Shown in pieces: positions 38,417-48,968 of a stretch of DNA of 64,000 nucleotides. Under the pieces are notes generated by a model, which searched no databases, was not told the origin of the DNA, and worked only from the letters and a program-made list of their open reading frames with translations. This DNA is from Protoeuglena noctilucae (lineage: Eukaryota). Position numbers and translations under genes: made by a program. Positions within the stretch are counted from its first letter, which is position 1; each line of letters begins with the position of its first letter. The stretch is taken from contig OY253685.1 in assembly GCA_958009085.1 (NCBI GenBank), positions 806,001 to 870,000 of the forward strand, given 5' to 3'.

Positions 38417-41400
38417 ATCACCCACTCTCACCTCCACGTCGTGCTCCTCCTTGTCCGGCAGCTGCAGGATCTGCTCCCCCGCGATGTGTTGCGCCTTGGT
38501 GTGACGCACCACCACCTGCTGCAGCACCTGCACGCACCACTGCCGACTCGACTCCCCGCGAACCACCCAGTCCCTGAGGGAGGGGGGAGATGGGGGAGAT
38601 GAGAGGAGATGGAGGGAGATGGGATGAGATTGAGGGAGATGGTGGGGGAAGTGAGATGCAGGGAGATGCAGGGAGATGAGGGGGGTGTGTGACATTGACA
38701 TGTGAGGTGCATGTGGCAGTGAACATGAGGGGATCAACTACCCATCCCGTGCTCCCAATCCCCCACCCACCCATACCCCCATACCCACCCTCTCTCCCCA
38801 CCACTACACCTACCCATCCCACTCCACTCCACCCCCACCCACACCCCCACCCACACCCCCCATCCCCCTCACCTCCCCGTCCCCGCGAAGGGCCCCCGGA
38901 TGAGCGCCTCGAATGCGGCGGGGTTGTCGAGCGGCGTCATGCGCAGTGCGGCGAACTGCCCCAGCAGGTCGCGGATGTCGGTGTTGACGGGGGTGCCAGA
39001 GCAGCACCAGCGGCGGTCGGCCTCGAGCAAGGCGCAGATGCGGGACTGGGCGGTGGAGGGGGTCTTGACTGGGGGCGATGGGAGGGGGGGGGGTGTGGGA
39101 GTGTGTGGGAGTGAGTGAGTGACAGAAGAGTGAGTAAGGGTGATCGGTGAATTGATCAAGGAAGTGTGTGAGTGCCCATGTCATCACCATCCCCACCCCC
39201 ACTGCCCCCCACTGCCCCTCACCGTTGTGGCTCTCGTCAAACACCACGCGCCGCCACTTGATGCGGCCGATGGCGGCCTGTGGGGAGGCAGAGGAAAAGG
39301 GGGGTGACTCAAATGAAATGGAAACACCCGAAAACAGCGAATGACACTGTTTTGCCGGCCCTGTTTCAGTCACCCCCCCATCTCCTACCCCCCCACCTTG
39401 GTGACTGCTTTCCCCTCCCTCCCCTCCCTCTCCTCCCCCTCCCCCTCTTTTCCCCTCGTCTCCTCTTCGAGTCTCCCCATGGCTGCTTCCAGAGATGACA
39501 GGGACGTGGGGTGCAGCAGGCCGTAGCGCTGGCCGTACAGCTGCGCACTGCATGTAAGGGGGGGGAGGGGAGAGGGGTGGGGCAGATGAGAGGGGGACTT
39601 ACAGGGAGAAATGGGAGTGATTGGTGACTGTTATTAATATAAGCACTTGCATGAGTCGATGGCCCACTTGCATCAAACTCACACACACACACACACACAC
39701 ACTCACCCCGGGTACAGCACATCCATGGCCCCCCTGCGGTACCCCCTCTGCCGTGACCCCCGCCCACGCCCGCCCCCACGGCTGCCACGCCCCCTGCCAC
39801 GCCCACGCCCCCTCCCCCTCCCACCCTCATCCCCGTTCTCATCGCCACCCTTATCCGCCTTGTCACCCTCAGCCCCGCCCTCCCTGTCACCCCCATCACC
39901 CTTATCCCCCTTATCCGCCTTATCCCCCTCCCCCCCCCTCCATCTTCACATCCCCACCCGTGTCACCACCCCTACCCCCTTCTTTCTCTTTCCCCTTATC
40001 CCCATCCTCGCTCCCCTCCCACTCTTCTTCAGACTCATCTGTGTCACCCTCACCCCCCTTGCGCCCCCTCCCTCTCCCCCTCCCCCCTCCCCCGCCCCCC
40101 CCCTCCCGCTCCCCTCCCCTGCACCCTTGCCCTTCCCCTTCCCCTTTCCACCCTTGCCAGTCAGACTGCCGTCTGCTGCTCGGAAGTCAGCCACCAGTGT
40201 CTGGTAGGTGGTGATGACGATGTCCTGGCACGCCAGAAAGGCGACGTCCCTGGGGGGACGGGGAGGATGAGGGGGTGAGGGGTGGAATGGGAGATGGTTG
40301 GATCGTTGGTAGTGTTGGCAATGGTAATGGCGATGGTATGAGATGCATATAGAGATTGGCATTCACCATTAGCGCCCAGTCGCTGCACCAACCGCCCCCC
40401 ATGCCTCGCATTAACACGCGCATGCACAGCACTACCCAACCACACTCGCCTCTTCCTGCTCTGTCCGTGGTACTCGTAGATGCGCACGTCCTTGTCCACC
40501 ACCTTGCTCCTCGCCTCCTCCGCCCACTGACCCACCAGCGACACGTTGCACACCACCAGCGTGGCGTGGGAGAGCAAGAAGCCGTCGCCTGCATGTGTGG
40601 GCGTGAGTGAGTGAGTGAGTGAGGGAGGGAGGGAGGGAGGGAGGGAGTGGGGAGCGCGTGTGACGTGGCAGCTAAGCATGGCTGTCACCCACAGCAACAG
40701 TGATCATCGCAACCATCACCTCGCCATCCACTCACACAACCCCCCCCCCCCTCTCTATCACCAACCCACACACCCAACCCACACCCCCACACACCCCCTC
40801 ACCATTCACCGCCAGCCCCGTCTCCCCATCGAACCCCACCGCCTCCGGGTACGCCTCCCTTGCCCTGTGCAGCGCATCTGCCTCCTCGTCGGTGCCCCTC
40901 TCCTCATCCTCGATGATTGGCAGTGGGGACAGGCACGCGCGGTCGCTGAGGATGAGGGCCAGGATCTCCACTGCAGGGGGGTGGGAGTAAAGGAGTCGAT
41001 AGTGATAGTCAAGGTTGATGTCTGCATTGGCATGACGAGTGACAGGCACGGGCGGTCACTAAGATTGAGCGCGAGGATCTCCACTTTGGGGGGGGGGGGG
41101 GAGGGGAGAAGAGTGGAGGGGTTGGTATTTGTAATTGTTACCATCTCCACTGCGATGAGAAGGGGGCAGGCAACACGCACAATCATACACTCCAGCATGT
41201 CAATCGAACTCCATCACCATCCCCCTCTCACCCGTCTTCCCAGCCCCATCTCATGCACACATCTCTATCCATTTCCACTTACATCAATAACATCCACTCT
41301 CACCCGTCTTCCCCAGCCCCATCTCCTCTGCCAGGAACCCCCCCCTGGGCGACGATGGCACCGTCAGCGCCAGTCGGTGCATCATACCGCTGTACCAGAG

Positions 41401-44400
41401 CACCTGGCCGGACACTGCGGGAGGGGGGATGGGGCTGAGGATGAGAGAGACGAGGGGGGGTGTAGTTAGTATCGGATGAGAGATATCAGGGGTAAAGTAT
41501 GGGTGCAATGCGGGCAGAGCATCGGTGCATTGCAGGTACTACCAACCGCCATTGCCGTCACTGCCGCTCCATGCACCGATCATGCATGTGCCACTCCCAT
41601 GCCCCCACCGCGCATGTCATGTCTTCCACCCACCCTCTCACCCGTGGTGATGGGCAGCCAGAGCACGGACCGGCACCCCCCCTCCCTCTCCTCGGCCTCT
41701 TGCATGGACGCCAGCGACTGGAGCTGGTACGGGCGGAGCATGACGCTGGGGGGGAGGGAGTGGGTGAGTGTGATGAGAGTGGGTGACTGAGAGTGGGAGT
41801 GGGAGTGGGTGAGTGTGATGAGGGTGAGATGGGAGTGGGAGTGAGGGATGAGGTGCATGGGTGCGAGTGGCACACCTCCCTCTCCCTGTTCATCGCGTAA
41901 CAACCAACCATGCATAGCAATTTGTCGTATCCAGCCCCCCCATTCTCACCTCAGCCCTTCTGGCTGCTCTGCGGCGTCCCTCTCCGGCGACTGCAGCGCA
42001 TCCAACTGCGATTGGGGGACAGGGAGGGGGGCGCTGTTGCAGACGTGCCGGCAACCATGATAGACATACCATCAAACAACACTCATCGTCATCGTCATAT
42101 CATTCTTCGCACAACCCTCACCAGTGCCTCCAGCGACCTCTCCCTCAGCTTCGTGGCCTTCTCCTTGGCATCGTCGACGCTGCGGAAATACGCACGCACG
42201 TCCGCACTGGGGGAAGGAGGGAGGGGGGGTGGGTTGTGAGACATAGGGAAAGGATGGTATCGTGAGATAAAGAGATGGATAGGATGAGTCAAAACCAGTC
42301 CTCAGTCACCCCAACCACAGCAGCAACACCACACCCCATCCCCCACTCACCGCCCCTCCATGGCTGCCCTCCTCAGCAGTGCATCCATCACTGTCTGCAG
42401 CTTCAGCGCCGGGAACTGTGCCTCAGTGATGGCCGCCTTCTGACCGGGCCTGGGGGGGGGGGGGGGGAAGGGGGGACAGATGGGGTGGGGTGGGTGTGGA
42501 GAGAATGCAAGAGTGATGGTGATGATCGTCTATCAAAAACATGCGAGTGATGGTGGTGCTCGTCTATCAGACTCAACAGACGCAGAGGGTCGACATGACA
42601 CCCATGGCATTGTAACCTTTACATGCAGAGCAGCCATCACTCACACTCCCACCAACTCCCCTTCAATACCCTCACCAGTGGTTCACCACTCATACCCCCA
42701 TACCCCTCACCAGTGGTTGGGCCTGCCGCTGAGCACCATCACGGCGCTGTGCGTGGGCTCTTTGGCCACAAAGACCCTCAGCACCGCCTGCCCCCTGCGC
42801 CCGCTCCCCTGCAGCTCCACTCGCACGCGCAGGGGGGGGCGGAGGTCGACGGTCGTGACGGCGCGGGGGGGCTCCTCCCCCTCAATCATGTACAGCGAGG
42901 AGAGGACCGTGGGGGGAAGGTCTGGGGGGGAGAGGGGGGAGGGGGGTGAAGAGGGGTGGTGGGTGGAGAGAGGTAGTGAGTGATGGGTAGCATCGACAGG
43001 GATAGCAGAGCACAGACGTGCAAGCATACTGCTCTCCCCTCCCCTACATCCCTCATCCCCACGCCACCTCCCCTCACCTGCCGGCTCCTGCCCCCTTCCG
43101 CCACCCCCCCTGCCCCCGCCTCTCCCCCCACCCCTCCCCCTCCCCCTCCCCCGCCCCTTGCTCAGAATGGCGTCCCTCACTGCGTCCAATTCCTCCTTCG
43201 TCGGCCCCTTCATCCAGCTAGACAGCGCGCGCACCGAGTGCAGCAGGGCGGTCGTGTCGCTCATCTCCCTCCGCAGTGCCTCCCTCCTCATGCGCATGAC
43301 CTTGGTGACCAGGGCGTCACGCATGACAGCCGCGCGCTCGGCGGCGGAGTCGGCGACGACGCGGGACACGCGGGAGGCATCCACGCCTGAGGGAGAGAGG
43401 GGGGGTGGGGGTAGCAGTGGGGGTAGCAGCGGGGGTGGGTGGGTGGTGTTGTGGGTGATGATTGACGTGTGTGCAAGTGTGGCTGGGATGCGTTGGGAGG
43501 GTCGATGAATGATGGATGGCGGCTGATGTGAAGACACAGCACAGGCACACAATGGGTCAGCATCCCTAACGCGGCATCTCCCATCCCCACCCCTCACCCG
43601 ACTCTGGCATTAGCAGTGCGTTGAACTCGATGAAGGTATCCAGGTCTCTCGCGCGCGACAGCACCGCCGTCAGGTCGAGCACGGTGGACGACTCGGGCGT
43701 GACGCCCCGCGCCCCATCCCTGAATCTGTCCAGCACCTGGCGCGCCGCGTGCATCTGCGCAGACTGCGCAGAGCCGCCGCCCACCCCGCTCGGCCCCCCC
43801 GGGCCCATCGCCATCGGCGGCATGTGCGCCACGCCCCTCATCTCCGCCCCCGCCCACCCCGCCGCCCCCTGCGCTCGCTCCAAGCAGTGTGCCTCCGCAA
43901 ACGCCTCCGCGGTGGGCCGCTCCGTGCCGTTGCGCGCCAGGAACACCCGCACACGCGACGGCTGCGACGGCTGCGACGGCTGCGGTCGCGGCGCCCCCCT
44001 CCCCCGCTTGGGGGGGCGGGTGGTGGCAGCATCGATGTCAGTTGCGTCGTCACCCATCGCGTGCGACAGCCACCGCAGCACCTCGGCCTCGATCTCTGAC
44101 TGCGGGGTTGGAAGTGGGCAGAGGGAGATGAGAGGAGATGAGATAAGAGGGATGGAGTGGAGTCGTGATACTAGAGAAACAATCGATTGCATGTACAGCA
44201 TCGCAGCGCTTGGCCATGAACAGTAAACGCTGTACAGTAATCGATGCCAACCAAACGCGTCCCCTCTCTCACACCTGCAGCTGCCTCAGCTCCCCCATGC
44301 ATGCCATCTCACCTGCAGCTGCCTCAGATCCTCAATCGACATGCCGTCTCTTACCTGCAGCTGCCTCAGGTCCACCACCGCCCCCTCCCCCGGCTGCGTG

Positions 44401-47400
44401 ACCGGCACCAGCAGCGGCAGGCCCAGCCGCACCGGGCATTTGTCCTGCAAGTAACTGTCGGGGCCCTTCAAGTCCTCCACCACCTGCCCCGCCCACGCCA
44501 GGCGCTCCTGGGGGGTAGGGGGGAGGGTATATTGTGGGTACATGGTGGGTACTCGGTGCACGGCGAAGTGGGATGGGATTTGGATGCACAGCTGTGGCCA
44601 ACACAACATGGTTTACGGCCCACCCCCGCACGCACCCACCCCCGCATCACTCACGAACGCATGGCATGCACTCGCACGCACACACCCGCACGCACCCACC
44701 CACCCCCCCCTCGCCCCTGACCTCGGCCGTGCTGCCCCGGATCTCCGCGGCTATCTCATCCAACGCCCGCAGGGGTGGCCGCCCCATAAACGCCCTCGGT
44801 GGCCCCCCAAACACCCCGAACCCGATGCGGATGTAGGCGCCGGGGTAGTCATCCGAGTCATCCCCATACGAGTCGTCATCATAGGGGAGGTCGAAGGGGG
44901 GTGGGCCCATGGGGGAGTTGCCTGGCGACTGGTAGTAGTCCCACATGGCAGAGTCGTCCTCGTCCCATTCGTCGTTGTAGCCGTGGTGGCCCCCGCAGCA
45001 GGGGCACCGGCCCCCGCGCCCGCCCTCCCCCCGCTCCGCCCGCTCCTGCATGGCCTGCCGCTCCCTCTCCCGCTCGTGCAGGCGGGGCTCCACGGCGCGC
45101 AGCACCGCCCGGCGCATCTCCGCCACCTCCGCGGGGCTGCAGGGGAGAGGGTGGGTGGGTGAGGGTAAGGGGAGCGATGACGGCTGGGTGAGAGGAAAGG
45201 AGAGGAAGGGGAGCGATGATGGCCGGGTGAGGGGAGGCACCCGCATTGCATCTGGACACGGGCGCCGGTGTGTCTGTGTCGGCATGGCCAGGGCACGTCA
45301 TATGTAACAATATCACCGACTGCATTCTTTCATATCCGCATCACCCATTGCCAATGCTCCCATCTCCGCATCACATGCTCCCACACCCACACCCCCCCAT
45401 CCCCCCTCGCCTGATCCCGACCTCCACGATGTGCCCCGCATCCGTCAGCGCCGCCTCCGCCCGCATCTGCCGCTGCACGAGCAATGGCGGCGGCCTGGCA
45501 CCCGCCCCGGGCCTGTCGTGATAAGGCGTGTACCGACGCATTGAAGACTCACGGCGCCACGCCCCCACCCCACCCAGCCGGTTCTCATATGCCACCTCCC
45601 CGAACTCCCTAGCGAACGCCGCGCCCTCCTCCGTCACCCGCCGCATGCACCGCAGCGTCGTCGTCCCGATGCTCATCCCCATTCCGGGCGTCTCCTGCAG
45701 CTCCCAGGCCCAGGCCTCCCCCGCCGCAGCCTGGGCGGTAGCATCGCCATCACCGCTGCCATTGCCATCGCCACCCTCCTTGCCATCACTGCCCTCCTTC
45801 TGCTTGGGCCGTGAGGCCGCAGCATTGCCCCCCGGTGCCTGGCCTGGGGTCACTGCTGGCTTCTCCTCCACTGCAAGCAACAAAGAGAGACAGAGACGGG
45901 GGGTGAAGGGAAGTGAGGCAGCATGGACGCAGATCGCAGATTGCAGACTGCCGCCGATGCTGCCCAGACTAGTAAGACCAGAGCACCGCTGCTCGTCCAG
46001 CCCTCGCTACCACGCACCGCCACTCACGGCCTGATCCCCACCCCACCCGCCCCACTCCTCTCAACCCTCACCCCCGGATCCTCGACGCCGCTTCGACCCC
46101 GCTCTCTTGCCCCCACTGCCGCTGCCCTTGGCCCCATCGCCCTTGCTGCCACCCTCGCTCCCCCGTCCCTGCACCCCCGACGGCCCCGCATCGCCACTCC
46201 CACCCGGATCGCCAGGCTGGGGGGAGGAGAGGACTTCCACGGTGATGCCCTGCGCATCCTGGATGAGCCCTGCACAGGAGACGAGGCACAGCAGTGCATG
46301 CGACATGAAGAGAGAGAGATGAGGCACAGCAGTGCACGCGACACAAGCCACGACAGTGCATGCGACATGGAGAGAAACAGACGAGCCACGGCAGTGCATG
46401 CGACAGGCACCCGGCAGCGCACGCGACGGGACACAGCACCTGCGACCGCCCCCATCGCCCCCACCGCCCCTCACCCTGCACTTGTGCCGGGGTGAGCATG
46501 GCGTACACGTTGACACAGACCAGCACGCGGTCATCGGGACGCACGGGCTCTGCCTCCTTCAGCCACTGCTTGTTGGCCTCGGGGCAGTACTGGCGCCAGG
46601 GCACGTGGTCAGCTGCGGCGGCGACATGACCAGAGACACAAGTGAAGAGGTGAGCAGTTGCGGTGTGGCTAGGCAACAGGCGTGAGGGTGTCAGCTAGCA
46701 CATCTTGGCCAAGGCGGGTACCCTACCCCATCCAAAGCAGCATCGGGCCAGCACAGGTGCACGCTTGCTCCCAGCCACAGATGCTGCAATGCATCTCTGC
46801 CTGCCCCCCCCTCACCGTTGACGCGGTATGCGACGTAGGCGTGGGCCAGGGGGAAGGGCCGCACGGGCTCCTTCAGGTCCCGCAGGAGCGTGTCGGGGAG
46901 CATGGTGCACCGCCCCCGCTCCTTGCCGCACGGCACCGGCACCGGCGGCCCCATGCACGTGTCCCTCGGCTCGGGGATGCGCGTGACGAGCAGCACCTCC
47001 CCCGCCCCCCGCTGCCCCCGCTCCCGGTTGCGAGCCCTGACCAGCGGCCGCCCCTGCCCGGCCAGCCACTCCTCCACCGCCACCTCCACGTCCCTCGTGG
47101 TAAAGCCCCACTTGATGGGCACCATGATGCGGTGGGGGATGATGCCCGGCTCCACGACAACGACAGAAAGGGAGGCGCGGGCGGGGATGGAGGACCAGGA
47201 GGTGGGGATGGGGGGGCAGAGCTTCAGGGCGGTGGTGAAGAGGTTGTGCACGGCCAGGCGATCCGCGGGGGGGTCCGACTGAGACAATCGGGGAGGGATG
47301 GTGAGGGCAGTGATGGTGGTTGGGTGAAGGTGGGGGCAGAGAGGGCGGGGAGTGCGTGCGTAGTGCATCAAGTACAACTCATCGCTGCAGTGCGGTGACG

Positions 47401-48399
47401 TCTCACACCTCAGGTGCCCTGCCCGACACACAGAGACGCGCAGAATGTGTCCCTCACCTGCACGCTGTGCGGCACGGGCGAATAGAACCCCCACGGCACG
47501 AGTCTCTCTCGCAGGGTCTCCATCGTGGTCCCCTCCTCCGCGGCAATCACGGGCACCGAGAACCGCGTCAGCTCCACCAGGGTGGGGTCACCGGCGGGGT
47601 CGTCGAGCTCCTGGACGGGCACGTTGCACTGCGGGGGCAGGGGAGGAGTGTTGGCTGAGACCGACCAGGGGGCAGGCAACGAGGGTCATACGCTCGCATG
47701 CATACCGGCGGGCCCTTCATCACCTCCTGGATGTCGGGGTAGAGGTGCACCAGGCGGCTCCTGCGTTGCGCCGGCGGGGCGTCGAGGCCGCAGTTCCACC
47801 CGTAGGGGTGGACAAAGTGCTGCTCGGCAAAGCCCACGCTGAAGTAGTCCTCCATGCCGACGCTGGCCTGCTCGCCGTCCGCGAGAGCCGCGAAATGGCG
47901 ATCCGACATGTCCTTCACCATCCACTCGATGCGCGTTGCGTCGCTGCGGCCGCGGTCGCGGGCAATCCCGGTCGGCATGCTGCGGGCGCTGCATGGCCCC
48001 CAGCGCGACCGGGCGAGGCCTGCACCCACCTGACGGGGCCATCCGCGTCTAAGATGAGCTTGAAAACCTCCGCGGAGCTCCGGCAGGTCACGGGCAGCGC
48101 CTCGGGCTCGCTGACCGGGCCGGCGCCCTCGCTGGGCGCAGCTGAGGGCCCCGCTGCCCCGGGCGCGGGCGCAGGCGCGGGAGCGGGTGCGGGCGCGGGT
48201 GCGGGCGCGGGATCCCCTAAGATCTCCACGTCATCGTCGGACTGACCGGCGCGGGCGCCCGGGCCGACCTGCGAGCACAGCGGGGAGCTGGCTTGGAGCG
48301 AGCCGCCCTGAGCGCACCGTCTCTGCCAGGCCCGGCTCCGCGGCACCGAGAAACGCCAGCAGCACTCACTTCCTCCTCGCTGTCGTCAGCGCCCGTCAT
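36137..48399 (-). CDS. Very large Rad5/Rad16-like SNF2 helicase with C3HC4 RING (HLTF/Rad5/Ris1 group), spanning an assembly gap
   Basis: About 29 exons from the ATG at 48399 to the gap, plus a terminal exon 36254-36137. Motifs LRPYQ (41745), GGFLAEEMGLGKT (to 41304), TLVVCNVSLVGQW, YHG, DIVITTY, WRRVVFDESH, RWCCSGTPV, RHTK, the RING CSICLNDFDAPMRTPCHHWFCFECIMGAIENNPKCPLCR, then KLQAL and KALVFSQF. Helicase motifs V-VI would fall in the gap. Apparent frameshifts near 40100, 39935 and 36680. Confidence 0.85.
36428..36627. other. Assembly gap (200 N)
   Basis: A run of 200 n characters inside the SNF2 gene. Confidence 1.
38123..38192. repeat. Intronic 12-bp tandem repeat (GGTGGCAGTGAG)n
   Basis: About 5 copies in an SNF2 intron, next to a G22 run at 38081-38102. 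Confidence 0.75.
38380..38413. repeat. (CA)n microsatellite
   Basis: Perfect CA run in an SNF2 intron. A second, shorter run lies at about 39680-39702. Confidence 0.9.
46281..46405. repeat. Intronic minisatellite, about 4 copies of (g/c)cac(a/g)gcagtgcatgcgaca
   Basis: Copies begin at about 46285, 46324, 46347 and 46385 in an SNF2 intron. Confidence 0.7.
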
Positions 48400-48968
48400 G
48401 TCGACGAGTCTCGCGTCCCCCGAACGCATCGTTGCGACGACCTGTGCGAACCAAGCGAGCCACGAGGCGATCCATTTGCATTCTAGGCGAATGTGTGATA
48501 CGCAATAACTGGCTTGCGAGTGCTGAGGCGTCAGGCAGGCGAGGGAGCGGACGCAGCGGGGGTGAGCAGACGCCCTAGGGCAGATGGGCGGGAAGAGCCG
48601 CTGGGACTTGCCGTTCAGGACAGCCGCGGCGCTCTCCGAGCCTCCTCTTCAGATTTCTCCAATCTAGGCCCCCGCAATCGCAACTGCGTCATTCAGCGAG
48701 GGCAGGCCGAGCGGACTGAAGCAATTGTGTGGTCCACGGAGGCATGCACAGGTCATGACGCCATAAATCGTCCTTGTACCTGTCAAAGCTGCGCCTCTTG
48801 ACCGCAAGACTGGCACGGCAGGGACTGGCAAACTGGATTGGTCACGCTAAGCAGCGAACAACGGTCCCACGGATGCCACTTGTGTCGCAGAGAGTGGCCC
48901 GCTCGGCAGATGCATCGATATCGGGCCTGCAATCGCGCGCACTGGGGCGGCACGTTTGCCTCGATGGC

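Noticed and set aside
46281..46405. Spaced repeats resembling a CRISPR array
   Set aside because: Degenerate units, irregular short spacers, intronic eukaryotic location and no cas genes.
15656..48369. Introner-type mobile introns
   Set aside because: I saw no shared sequence family or terminal inverted repeats among different introns. The repeats are local to each junction.
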